A stretch of DNA of 40,213 bases, taken from positions 1 to 40,213 of the IMG/VR virus record IMGVR_UViG_3300019874_000012, one strand, 5' to 3'. Both the position numbers and the translations under genes were made by a program. Position 1 is the first letter of the stretch; each line of letters opens with the position of its first letter. The notes below the pieces were generated by a model. That model was not told the DNA's origin. It saw only the letters and a program-made list of their open reading frames with translations, and did no database searches. Below, piece by piece: positions 25,690-34,599 of the stretch. The DNA comes from a virus (taxonomy: Duplodnaviria > Caudoviricetes).

Positions 25690-26870
25690 TGCAAATAATT
25701 GATGGCATACCCGTTTGGGGAGAACCATTACCCGAAGCGGTAGCACAAATGAAGGCGGTAATGAATTATGAAAAAAAACCTGAGTATGTCGCTCTTATGG
25801 CAGATCATCATATTGGATATAGCGTGCCTGTGGGGGGTGTGGTGGCTTATGAACGAGCTATCAATGTCAACGGTGTTGGTTTTGATATCGCTTGTGGCAA
25901 TAAAGCTGTGTTGCTCGATTGTTCTGCTGAATCAGTCAAAGGAAATATCTACAGATCAATGAATGAAATCCAAAAGCACATCAGCTTTGGAATGGGAAGA
26001 AGAAACAATGAAAGGGTAGAGCATGAACTTTTTGATGATCCTGTATGGAATGACATTCCTATCTTGGCTAGCCTTAAGGATCGCGCCGCCGGTCAACTCG
26101 GTACTGTTGGTGGTGGAAACCACTATGTGGATGTTTTTGTGGATGAGTCCAATCGTGTTTGGGTTGGGGTTCATTTTGGTTCAAGGGGTCTCGGTCATAC
26201 TATCGCAACTCATTTCGTTAAAGTAGGAGGAGGAAAAGATGGAGTCCACGCAGAGCCAGTCATTTTTGATGAAGATTCAGACCTCGGACAGCAGTACCTT
26301 AAATGTATGGAGCTTGCTGGTCGATATGCTTACGCAGGGAGAGATTGGGTATGCGAAAGAGTTGCTAAAATTCTCAAAGGGAACATCGTCGAATCAATCC
26401 ATAATCATCATAACTTTGCATGGAAAGAACGACATTTTGATAAAGACCTTTGGGTTATTCGAAAAGGAGCAACTCCCGCTTTCCCAGGTCAAAAGGGTTT
26501 TGTTGGCGGATCTATGGGAGATATATCGGTTATCCTTGAAGGGATGGAAGAACCTGAGTCCCAAGCAGCTCTTTACTCTACGATTCATGGAGCAGGCCGT
26601 CAGCTTGGAAGAATACAAGCCAAAGGAAAATACGACAGAAAAGGAAATTGTATCCGACCTGGTATGGTTGATAAGACCGCCCACTCCGCCTGGATTAAAA
26701 GATTGGGTGTCGAATTGCGTGGAGGAGGTCTTGATGAATCACCGTATGCATATAAACGAATAGAGAGCGTTCTAGAAGCGCATAAATCTACGGTTAACAT
26801 TCTACACACTTTAACACCTATAGGCGTTTGTATGGCTGATGAACGCGAATTTGACCCATATAAGGACTAA
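25689..26870 (+). CDS. rtcB: RtcB RNA 2',3'-cyclic phosphate/3'-phosphate:5'-OH ligase
   Basis: ADHHIGYSVPVGG, VGFDIACG, LGTVGGGNHY, HFGSRGLG, HHNFA, RKGATPA, GSMG, HGAGR, DESPYAYK. Confidence 0.97.
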   Translation: MQIIDGIPVWGEPLPEAVAQMKAVMNYEKKPEYVALMADHHIGYSVPVGGVVAYERAINVNGVGFDIACGNKAVLLDCSAESVKGNIYRSMNEIQKHISFGMGRRNNERVEHELFDDPVWNDIPILASLKDRAAGQLGTVGGGNHYVDVFVDESNRVWVGVHFGSRGLGHTIATHFVKVGGGKDGVHAEPVIFDEDSDLGQQYLKCMELAGRYAYAGRDWVCERVAKILKGNIVESIHNHHNFAWKERHFDKDLWVIRKGATPAFPGQKGFVGGSMGDISVILEGMEEPESQAALYSTIHGAGRQLGRIQAKGKYDRKGNCIRPGMVDKTAHSAWIKRLGVELRGGGLDESPYAYKRIESVLEAHKSTVNILHTLTPIGVCMADEREFDPYKD

Positions 26871-26872
26871 CT

Positions 26873-27895
26873 ATGTGGCTCGGAAAATCCCCTGTCTCTG
26901 ACGCTTACATGAAAATTGCTGTTCAAGAGAGCGATAAATTGGTTTATGTTGGCAAAATTATTTCCTTAGAACCTATAGAAGGGGCTGATTTTATCGTTTC
27001 AGCCACTGTTGTCTGCGGGAAAGGAGGAAAATGGAAGGGGATTGTTAAAAAAGATCAATTTGAAATCGATAGTTGGTGTAATGTTTATCTCCCAGATGCA
27101 TTAATTCAGCCTAATGAAGCAATGCAATTCATGGAAGCAACTGGTTGGCGTGTAAAAATGCGTCGATTTAAAGGCGCGCCCAGTGAAGTAGTAATTATGC
27201 CTGTACCAAAAGCTTATCATGAGTCAATGGAAGTTGGGACTGATTTAACTTTATGGTTTGGTGTTACAAAATACCATAAACCAATCCCAACGCATCTTAA
27301 TGGCATTGCAAAAGGGTATTTTCCTGACTTTATTCCTAAGACCGATGAACCTAATTACCAGAAATGTGAAGATCTTGTAGATGCATTGCAAGGGAAATTC
27401 TATTATGTTACAGAAAAAGCTGATGGCTCTTCAACTACTGCTTATAGATATAAAGGAAACTTTGGCGTTTGTAGCAGAAATGTTGAATTGCTTAGAAATG
27501 AGGAAAATGGCTTCTGGAAAGTAGCTATTAAATATAAATTAGAAGAAAAGCTGCCAGATGGTATAGCTCTTCAATGGGAAACTTGTGGGCCGGGAATCCA
27601 GAAAAATCCTATGGGGCTTTCAGAAATTGACGGATTCGCATTTAGTGCTTATGATATTGTTGAGAAAAAATATCTTGAGTTTGCAGAGTTCTTAACGCTC
27701 ATTGATAGATTAGACTTTCCTACTTGTAAAATACTAGATATTAAAAGTAGCTTTGATAAGGAAAAGATAGCAACTCTTGGGGAAGGAAAATATTCTAATG
27801 GTCATGAGAGAGAAGGTGTTGTTGTCAGATCACAAGATAATATAGGACATGCACCTATCAGTTTCAAAGTTATAAATCTAAATTATGAGAAATAG
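26873..27895 (+). CDS. ATP-dependent RNA ligase, DRB0094/Rnl2-type, with N-terminal OB-like domain
   Basis: Motif I EKADGSS, CSRN, QWE..GPGIQKN, motif IV EGVVV, motif V FKVIN; N-terminus VGKIISLEPIEGADFI resembles a tRNA-binding OB fold; FPDFIPKTDE linker. Confidence 0.92.
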   Translation: MWLGKSPVSDAYMKIAVQESDKLVYVGKIISLEPIEGADFIVSATVVCGKGGKWKGIVKKDQFEIDSWCNVYLPDALIQPNEAMQFMEATGWRVKMRRFKGAPSEVVIMPVPKAYHESMEVGTDLTLWFGVTKYHKPIPTHLNGIAKGYFPDFIPKTDEPNYQKCEDLVDALQGKFYYVTEKADGSSTTAYRYKGNFGVCSRNVELLRNEENGFWKVAIKYKLEEKLPDGIALQWETCGPGIQKNPMGLSEIDGFAFSAYDIVEKKYLEFAEFLTLIDRLDFPTCKILDIKSSFDKEKIATLGEGKYSNGHEREGVVVRSQDNIGHAPISFKVINLNYEK

Positions 27896-28150
27896 ATGAG
27901 CGATCCTTATAAGATAACGGTATGGGCGCAAATGTTCTTTGATGATGGAAGCCTTACTCAAGGTGTTCGAATAAGTGCCGAATGGTTAGAAGAAACAAAT
28001 GCCGACAAAATTGATCAAATAGCTTCATCACTATTAAAATCAGTAAACCGTCAAGAAGGTTGGCTTCTTATCTGGGGCGCAGGAAATATGGAATTTAACC
28101 ATTACCCTACTTCTTTTTCTGGTAAGCAGGCTTTGGGGTTAGACTCTTAG
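27896..28150 (+). CDS. Hypothetical protein
   Basis: 84 aa ORF starting immediately after the ligase stop. Confidence 0.55.
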   Translation: MSDPYKITVWAQMFFDDGSLTQGVRISAEWLEETNADKIDQIASSLLKSVNRQEGWLLIWGAGNMEFNHYPTSFSGKQALGLDS

Positions 28151-28262
28151 GCTTTGTAACCTTTGATTGCTTAGCTCCTTCAACAAAAGATGTCTGAGGA
28201 CCTTGTTTCTTAGGTGGTTTTGCAGTGATTCTGATAGATTTTTCGTGCATGCCTTTAACCAT
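28107..28262 (-). CDS. 51-aa Lys/Pro-rich basic protein (absent from the ORF track)
   Basis: MVKGMHEKSIRITAKPPKKQGPQTSFVEGAKQSKVTKPKSLTPKPAYQKKK; leader TTTACAAAGGAAAAAAT matches the leader of gene 1287. Confidence 0.6.
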   Translation of the reverse strand: MVKGMHEKSIRITAKPPKKQGPQTSFVEGAKQSKVTKPKSLTPKPAYQKKK

Positions 28263-28389
28263 ATTTTTTCCTTTGTAAAATATTACTTTATCACAATGGA
28301 ATTTTTTGTGAAGAATTATCTATATAAATTTCATTGGCTTTTAATAGATTTCTTTGTAATTTTACCATAAATATCCTGTAGGTTTCAAA

Positions 28390-28845
28390 ATGAGTAGCCC
28401 AAATCCACAAGATCCAGACAGCCCCTTATACCAATTCATTGATACGCAACCTGAATCTCCATATCCTAATAACCCAGATTCTTCTCTTAGCCATTTTACT
28501 TATCGTCAATTCACCCCTGAGAATATCACAAATACTTTACCTATGATAGTGACTAAAACAGCACATGGATTATTAGATGGACAGGCTATTCGCGCAACAA
28601 AATTTATTAGAATGCCATTTGCTTCTAGCACAGGAATGGAGCAGATTAACATGGGGTTGTTCTATGTTCAGAGAGCTACTGTTAATGACTTTCAGCTTTT
28701 TGATGCTAATAGCCAGCCTATAGATGGACGTAATTTCACGCCTTATATTCAAGGGGGCCAATTCACTATAAATGGCCCAGAGATTCTTTGTGTGAATCCA
28801 TCTCATTTTCCACCTGCTGGCATTCCTCCTTTTCCTCCAGTATGA
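28390..28845 (+). CDS. Stand-alone FCCH-like domain protein (virion-type) with Pro-rich termini
   Basis: NITNTLPMIVTKTAHGLLDGQ...GMEQIN...FYV...TVNDFQLFD...IDGRNFTPYIQGG, similar to domains in 36260..37009 and 1..978. Confidence 0.7.
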   Translation: MSSPNPQDPDSPLYQFIDTQPESPYPNNPDSSLSHFTYRQFTPENITNTLPMIVTKTAHGLLDGQAIRATKFIRMPFASSTGMEQINMGLFYVQRATVNDFQLFDANSQPIDGRNFTPYIQGGQFTINGPEILCVNPSHFPPAGIPPFPPV

Positions 28846-29072
28846 TTTTCAGTCAGTATTTTGTAAATGATTTGAATAATATAGGGATGATTGTCTTTAT
28901 CGACATTTTGATACATATGGCAAGAAAGTGCCACACATAAACTATTCAATATTGTATCCATATCCTTAACAGAATTTTCAGGAAATTTATCTCTAAGTTT
29001 AAAATATATTTCTTTACCTTCTTCTAGACAAAGTTTATTTAATTGATCATCAGTAGGGCCAAATGTTTTCAT
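28803..29072 (-). CDS. Hypothetical protein
   Basis: 89 aa, ATGA-coupled to the DUF551-like gene. Confidence 0.55.
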   Translation of the reverse strand: MKTFGPTDDQLNKLCLEEGKEIYFKLRDKFPENSVKDMDTILNSLCVALSCHMYQNVDKDNHPYIIQIIYKILTENHTGGKGGMPAGGK

Positions 29073-29293
29073 AAAATCACATTCTCAGGTGGTTTTGGTA
29101 ATGGCATCCAGTGGGTTATAGGATCTATTTTTCCTTTAGGAGCTTCATGGTAATCATGCCAAGAGTTAAACTTTTTTACATATGTAGCAAAGAAAATTAT
29201 TCCATCCTCTATATCGACAGCTAAAACGCCTTTAGAATAAATGCAGCCTTTTTCATCTTCAGGCAATCTATCCTTAACGCTAATCCAATTCAT
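29069..29293 (-). CDS. DUF551-family protein
   Basis: MNWISVKDRLPE...ITHWMPLPKPP signature. Confidence 0.9.
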   Translation of the reverse strand: MNWISVKDRLPEDEKGCIYSKGVLAVDIEDGIIFFATYVKKFNSWHDYHEAPKGKIDPITHWMPLPKPPENVIL

Positions 29294-29325
29294 TTAGGCA
29301 CCTCGGGTAATGGCATACAGTTCAT
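29290..29325 (-). pseudogene. Internally deleted DUF551 remnant (MNCMPLPEVPK)
   Basis: Retains an AAGGTG RBS, an MN start and the MPLPEVP C-terminal motif; ATGA-coupled to the next gene. Confidence 0.55.
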
Positions 29326-29336
29326 TATTTCACCTT

Positions 29337-29504
29337 CTATAAAATCACACTCTCAGGATATTTAGGCATAGGAAACCAATATGAAGCATCATAATAATCA
29401 AAAGCGATAGAACCTACATATACGTGTTCATATTCATCAGAAAGTAGAAAAGGAGATGAAGGAACCGAATCAGATAAATTAATCTTAATCCATTCAATTT
29501 TCAC
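29337..29504 (-). CDS. Diverged DUF551-like protein, 55 aa (absent from the ORF track)
   Basis: MKIEWIKI...ASYWFPMPKYPESVIL; ends like 29069..29293 (PENVIL). Confidence 0.6.
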   Translation of the reverse strand: MKIEWIKINLSDSVPSSPFLLSDEYEHVYVGSIAFDYYDASYWFPMPKYPESVIL

Positions 29505-29593
29505 AAAATCCCCTTAAATTTTAAAATTATAAAAGATGTTATGCACCCTCCTAAAAATCCAGATATAAGTGCTATAATATGGCATTCATTCAC
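29501..29593 (-). CDS. 30-aa membrane peptide MNECHIIALISGFLGGCITSFIILKFKGIL
   Basis: GTGA overlaps with both the upstream and downstream genes; one TM segment. Confidence 0.5.
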   Translation of the reverse strand: MNECHIIALISGFLGGCITSFIILKFKGIL

Positions 29594-30225
29594 AAAATGA
29601 CCCTCACAGGTTTATTAACAGGTTGATATCTTTCGTTTACAATACTAGCGTTGACAAGTCTTATTCCATTCGTATGTTGACTATTACCGTAAGCTTCATG
29701 GATATGACCAAATACATGCAATTTTGGTAGAATCTGTAAAGATTTCATCCATAAACTTAGACTTCCAACGCTTGGGCCAATGGACCCATCTCTAGTTTTT
29801 ATCCAGTCATAATTCCCAAATGATGGGCTATGAGTAATCAAAATATCAGTATCATGAGGAATTAAGTCCCATTTTTCAGCTAATTGCTCGTCATTATCCA
29901 AAGTAAAAGCGCAACAATGGGGGTTAATTCCAGGAAAGCTGGCTGTCCAAGGCGATCCCCATATCTTTAGTCCTTCGAATTCGGTTCCTGAATCGCATAG
30001 ATATTTTATGTGACCATCACACGAATAATTCCCTATTAAATAGTTGTCGTGATTTCCAGATATTACAATAATCTGAATGTAATCTTGTATATTTAACCAG
30101 CACAAAAACTTATTATGTTCATCTTCTGTATCCCTAGCCGTCAAATCCCCAGCCACAATAAGAAGATCGCCTGCTTCTAACGTCGGGTAATGCCCATGGA
30201 GGTCGCTAATGCAATCAATGATCAT
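29590..30225 (-). CDS. Calcineurin-like metallophosphoesterase (MPPED/239FB-like)
   Basis: ISDLHG, AGDLT, SGNHD, ITH, FGHIHE motifs. Confidence 0.93.
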   Translation of the reverse strand: MIIDCISDLHGHYPTLEAGDLLIVAGDLTARDTEDEHNKFLCWLNIQDYIQIIVISGNHDNYLIGNYSCDGHIKYLCDSGTEFEGLKIWGSPWTASFPGINPHCCAFTLDNDEQLAEKWDLIPHDTDILITHSPSFGNYDWIKTRDGSIGPSVGSLSLWMKSLQILPKLHVFGHIHEAYGNSQHTNGIRLVNASIVNERYQPVNKPVRVIL

Positions 30226-30364
30226 TCTTATCCTTCATAATATTGGCCACCTTTCAGCTTATATATTTTCCTCTAAGCAAAGTTTCTTTGTCAATAAATA
30301 TCTTAAATATGTTGTCAAGTAATTATTTTACTTGTTAAAAGAAACATTTGATATAAGAAGACAT

Positions 30365-31858
30365 ATGACATTAACACAAGAAAAAGCTTTTGAATTGCTT
30401 GCAGATAGAGAATGGCGGTTATCTAATCTTTATAAGATTAAGGATAAAGAAGGAAATGTAGTTGATTTTTGTCCAAATTGGTCGCAGAAAATTCTTTTGA
30501 AAGATTCGCATACATTAAACATTGTACTTAAGGCCAGACAACTTGGGATTACTACTTTCCATGCTATTTTATTCTTAGATACCTGCTTATTTAATAAGAA
30601 CGTAAATGCGGCTATCGTTGCTGATAGCAAGCCTATTTCTCGAGAAATCTTCATTGATAAAGTAAAGTTTGCTTATGACAACCTACCTCAATTCGTTAAG
30701 GATATGTGCCCAGCATATAGAGATAACGTTCATGAAATGCGGTTCAGTAATGGTAGCGTATTTAGGGTAGCCACATCTTTACGCGGTGGAACTATCCAAT
30801 TCTTGCATATCACCGAATTTGCCAAGATATGTCAGGAAAATCCTAGCAAAGCTAATGAGATTATTTCAGGTGCTCTTAATGCTGTACAAGCAGGTCAATT
30901 TGTTTGCATAGAATCGACAGCTAGAGGTAGAGAGGGTCATTTTTACTCATTATGTAAATCAGCTCAAGCATTACAAGATCAGGGTATTGAACTTGGAACT
31001 TTAGATTGGAAATTATGGTTCTTTTCTTGGTGGGAACATCCCGACTATGTAATTGATTCAAAAAATGTATTGATAACTAAAGAGATGTCAGAGTATTTTG
31101 AGTCTTTAGAAAGTAAAGGAATTATTTTAATTCCTGAGCAAAAAGCCTGGTATGTAAAGAAGATGCAGACTCAAGGGGATTATATGAAGAGGGAATATCC
31201 CTCAACTCCTGAAGAGTCATTTGAAGCGGCTAATGAAGGGTTTTACTTTGCCAAGATGATGTCTATTGCTAGACAAGAAAGACGAATCTGCCATGTACCT
31301 TATGACGAAAGCGCCAGAACCTATACAGCATGGGATATAGGAATAGGTGATAGCAATGCGATTTGGATCTTTCAGACCATTGGAAAAGAGATCCATTGTA
31401 TTGATTACTATGAAAATAGTGATGAAGCGTTAACGCATTACATAAATTGGTTAAAGAATAAACCTTATATATATGAAAAACACTTTATGCCACACGATGC
31501 AGCTTCAAGATCTTTACAATCTGGGAAAAGCCTCGTTGATATTGCAAGAGGCATGGGTCTCAAAGTTGATGTATTGCCAAGAGATACCAATGAAATGTTT
31601 GGAATTGAATGCCTTAGAAATATGCTACCGAGATTTTTCTTTGACCAAACAAAGTGTGAAAAAGGAATAAAAGCTATTGAAAGCTTTAGAAAAGAGTGGA
31701 ATGAAAAGTTAGGTTGCTACAGAGAGAAAAGCCATCATGATTGGGCATCTCATGGGGCTAAGGCTTTAATTTATTGCTCTGAAGCAGTTCAAAGAACAGG
31801 ATCGGGAGCTGGAATGACAGCAGAAGAATGGGATCGCATGCGGCGACAGTGGCTCTAA
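30365..31858 (+). CDS. terL: Terminase large subunit
   Basis: LKARQLGITT Walker A, LHITE Walker B, ESTA, AWDIGIGD nuclease motif, PHDA, HDWASH; ORF track starts at TTG 30332, ATG 30365 is an alternative start. Confidence 0.95.
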   Translation: MTLTQEKAFELLADREWRLSNLYKIKDKEGNVVDFCPNWSQKILLKDSHTLNIVLKARQLGITTFHAILFLDTCLFNKNVNAAIVADSKPISREIFIDKVKFAYDNLPQFVKDMCPAYRDNVHEMRFSNGSVFRVATSLRGGTIQFLHITEFAKICQENPSKANEIISGALNAVQAGQFVCIESTARGREGHFYSLCKSAQALQDQGIELGTLDWKLWFFSWWEHPDYVIDSKNVLITKEMSEYFESLESKGIILIPEQKAWYVKKMQTQGDYMKREYPSTPEESFEAANEGFYFAKMMSIARQERRICHVPYDESARTYTAWDIGIGDSNAIWIFQTIGKEIHCIDYYENSDEALTHYINWLKNKPYIYEKHFMPHDAASRSLQSGKSLVDIARGMGLKVDVLPRDTNEMFGIECLRNMLPRFFFDQTKCEKGIKAIESFRKEWNEKLGCYREKSHHDWASHGAKALIYCSEAVQRTGSGAGMTAEEWDRMRRQWL

Positions 31859-31899
31859 AAAAATTTTGCTATGGCTATCAAATATTTATTTGAGAAAAG

Positions 31900-33966
31900 A
31901 TGAGCGGATACGTTACTACAGGCACTAACAACGAAAAAGTCTTTCAATTCAACCAGTTCTTCTATGATGCCTATCGCACATATGGAGTTTACTATGCTGC
32001 CGCTTACAGAGATCTTAGGGCATATGCTGGTGATAACTGGTCTAATCTAGAGAAAACTAAGTTAGAACGTCAAAATCGAATGATTTTGGAGCTAAATAAA
32101 ATCCGCCGTGTCGTAAATCTATATTCCGGTTATGAGAGAGAAAACAGAACTGCGACTGTATGCGCCCCAGTGGAAGGATCAGATGTAAAAACAGCTGACC
32201 AATTCTCTAACCTACTCTATTACATATACGATAAAGCTAATGCTGATTACATCATCTCAGAAGCCTTTGAACATAGCCTCAAGACAGGTTTAGCCATCAT
32301 CGGCTTATATATGGATTATTCACGAGATAAAGTGAATGGCGATATAAAAATGTACTGGAAACCGTTTAATGCACTGATGCTTGATCCCTACTTTACGAAA
32401 AGGGACCTTAGTGACTGCGACCAGGCATCTACTAGAGATCTATTATCCAAAGAACAAATCAAATTCATGCTCCCTTGGGTAGACCCATCTACAATTGATA
32501 ATCTTCCTACAGGTATACGAGATAACAAATATCAATATTTGGGCATCTATAGACAGTACAATTCAACTTACATTTCAAAGAATCTATGCACCTATGACCA
32601 ATATTGGAGAAGAATTAACGTACCACAGAAATACCTTGTTGATATGGAGACAGGTGTAACCGAGGAGTGGAATGGTGATAAACAAGATGAAAAAGACTTA
32701 ATTGCTCAACTGAGAGAAGAAGCTGCTAGAAGACAAGAGCAAGGACTTGGTCCTAGATTAGAGCTAATCAATTCACATAAAAGGACCGTTGAACTAAATA
32801 TCATTGTTTCTGGACAGCTACTTTATACAGGACCAGATCCCACAGGTTTGGATACATTTCCTTTCATACCTGTCTTGCTTTATCACGAGCCATTGATAGA
32901 TACATTTGAGTTGAAAATACAGGGAATTGTCCGATCTATTAGAGATGCTCAAAGACAATATAACAGACGCCATTCTCAAATCATAGACATTATGGAATCT
33001 ATCATCAATACAGGATGGATAACCAAAAACGGTGCAGTTCTTGATCCAAACATGCTTATGCAAGCGGGTCAGGGTAAACAAATTGTAATGAATGAGGGAT
33101 ATGATGTTAATGCAGATATACGAGAAATTTCAGCTCCTAATATTCCGCCAGGTTATTTGCAATATCAAGACATCATTGACAAAAACATCATGGAAATACC
33201 TGGTGCTTCTGATGAGCTGCTTGGCCTTTCTTCCGTTGGTGATAGCCAGGTGTCAGGGAAACTCGCAGAAGTTAGAGCCTCAAATGGCCTCAAAGGAAAT
33301 CGTGGGATCTATGACAACCTCGAACAAAGCAAGAAATACCTCGGCAAATTAGTCATTGAAGCTATTCAGAAGAATTACTCTCCAGGAAAAGTAGCAAGAA
33401 TAATTGGCGAAGAGCCTACTGAAGAGTTTTTATCAGGTCAATTTGAAGAATATGACTGCGCAATTAAACAGGCTGTCAAAACATCTACTCAACGAGAAGC
33501 GTACTACTATCAAATTCTGCAACTTATTTCAATGGGTGCTCCTATTCCTTGGGATAAAGCATTAGAAGTCGCTCCTTTACAAGGAAGTACAAAACTACAT
33601 GAAATACTCGCTCAACAACAAGAACAACAACAGGCTGCAGCTCAGGCAGAACTTGAAGCTGCACAAATGCAGAAAACTCTCGACATGGCATCTGTCAATC
33701 AATCCAATGCCCTTGCTGAAGAGCGTCGCGCTAGAGTTCTGGCTGATATTGGATTGGCTAAAGAACGTGAATCTGAAGTAGTACAAAATCATGCAAAAGC
33801 ATTCCTTGATAATGCGAAGACTATAGGAGAGATCAATGATCTACCGAGAAAACGCTTAATTGAGGTTTTACAACTAGCTGCAGAACTTAGGCAGCAAGAG
33901 AAGCAATCGGCGGAAGCTGAAATGCAAAAGGATATGAAACGCGCAGAAGCGCTTAAACAAGGATAA
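31900..33966 (+). CDS. Portal protein, P22-like
   Basis: 688 aa after terL; Y.G.NW...E, NKI...VN..SG.E..NR, GIVR..RDAQ..YN, SG.....R, Gln-rich helical barrel at the C-terminus. Confidence 0.92.
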   Translation: MSGYVTTGTNNEKVFQFNQFFYDAYRTYGVYYAAAYRDLRAYAGDNWSNLEKTKLERQNRMILELNKIRRVVNLYSGYERENRTATVCAPVEGSDVKTADQFSNLLYYIYDKANADYIISEAFEHSLKTGLAIIGLYMDYSRDKVNGDIKMYWKPFNALMLDPYFTKRDLSDCDQASTRDLLSKEQIKFMLPWVDPSTIDNLPTGIRDNKYQYLGIYRQYNSTYISKNLCTYDQYWRRINVPQKYLVDMETGVTEEWNGDKQDEKDLIAQLREEAARRQEQGLGPRLELINSHKRTVELNIIVSGQLLYTGPDPTGLDTFPFIPVLLYHEPLIDTFELKIQGIVRSIRDAQRQYNRRHSQIIDIMESIINTGWITKNGAVLDPNMLMQAGQGKQIVMNEGYDVNADIREISAPNIPPGYLQYQDIIDKNIMEIPGASDELLGLSSVGDSQVSGKLAEVRASNGLKGNRGIYDNLEQSKKYLGKLVIEAIQKNYSPGKVARIIGEEPTEEFLSGQFEEYDCAIKQAVKTSTQREAYYYQILQLISMGAPIPWDKALEVAPLQGSTKLHEILAQQQEQQQAAAQAELEAAQMQKTLDMASVNQSNALAEERRARVLADIGLAKERESEVVQNHAKAFLDNAKTIGEINDLPRKRLIEVLQLAAELRQQEKQSAEAEMQKDMKRAEALKQG

Positions 33967-33970
33967 ACAT

Positions 33971-34234
33971 ATGGCAAAAGGTACAGCTACATCTAACAAG
34001 ATGATGCCTCGTATGGAGACATATGGTGGACAAAATAACCCAGGTTATCAACCACCTACCGGCTCAGCGGGCGCTAAAGCTTTTGGTGATTATAGCACTA
34101 AAAGTAATCCATTGAGTGTTCCTAAGAAAGGGTCGTCTATTGGTCCTGGCTATGGCAACTCAGACAGGATGAAAGCTATGGCATCTAAAGATGCTGAGGC
34201 TAAGAAAGAAAGCCTTCGAGGAATGCCATGCTAA
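33971..34234 (+). CDS. Small basic Gly/Pro-rich protein
   Basis: 87 aa low-complexity ORF with AAGGA RBS after the portal gene. Confidence 0.6.
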   Translation: MAKGTATSNKMMPRMETYGGQNNPGYQPPTGSAGAKAFGDYSTKSNPLSVPKKGSSIGPGYGNSDRMKAMASKDAEAKKESLRGMPC

Positions 34235-34599
34235 TTACTTCTCCTAAAATAGCAATGCAACAACACATTGAAGCTAGAGAGGGCGTAACAGCTCATTTTA
34301 ATCAAGTGATGGAAAAGATCCTAAATGAGAATTCTCATAAGGATAAGTATTGGATTTTAGGAAAAGCAAAGGTTCATAGGAAGGGGGATAAACGCATGGT
34401 ACGTCCGTTTTTACAGATGTGCGATGAAAAGCCTCCAGTCGTGAAAGAGAGCTTCGTCTATGAAGTGGATAATAGACGCGGTGTCAAAACGTTGTTATGG
34501 GTCATGCACCCTGACGATACGTTAAGTTTTCCCACTTTAGGGAAGTCCATCCGCGTAACCGGCGGTAATTCGGGTTCAAAAATCTTGCTACCGAAGTAA
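34228..34599 (+). CDS. Hypothetical protein
   Basis: 123 aa, GAGGA RBS. Confidence 0.65.
   Translation: MLITSPKIAMQQHIEAREGVTAHFNQVMEKILNENSHKDKYWILGKAKVHRKGDKRMVRPFLQMCDEKPPVVKESFVYEVDNRRGVKTLLWVMHPDDTLSFPTLGKSIRVTGGNSGSKILLPK

Noticed and set aside
26239-26763. 174-aa alternative-frame ORF inside rtcB, and similar overlapping ORFs (6097..6549, 39066..39476, 17055..17360, 25004..25324)
   Set aside because: They lie wholly or almost wholly within well-supported genes, lack recognisable motifs or RBS, and look like shadow ORFs.
28167-28370. 67-aa plus-strand hydrophobic ORF
   Set aside because: No convincing start or RBS, and it overlaps a better-supported minus-strand ORF (28107..28262) and an AT-rich promoter region.
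28390-28845. Ubiquitin-system component because of the E1 FCCH-like similarity
   Set aside because: This small beta domain recurs in phage structural proteins; no ThiF/E1 adenylation, E2 or ubiquitin-like genes are present.
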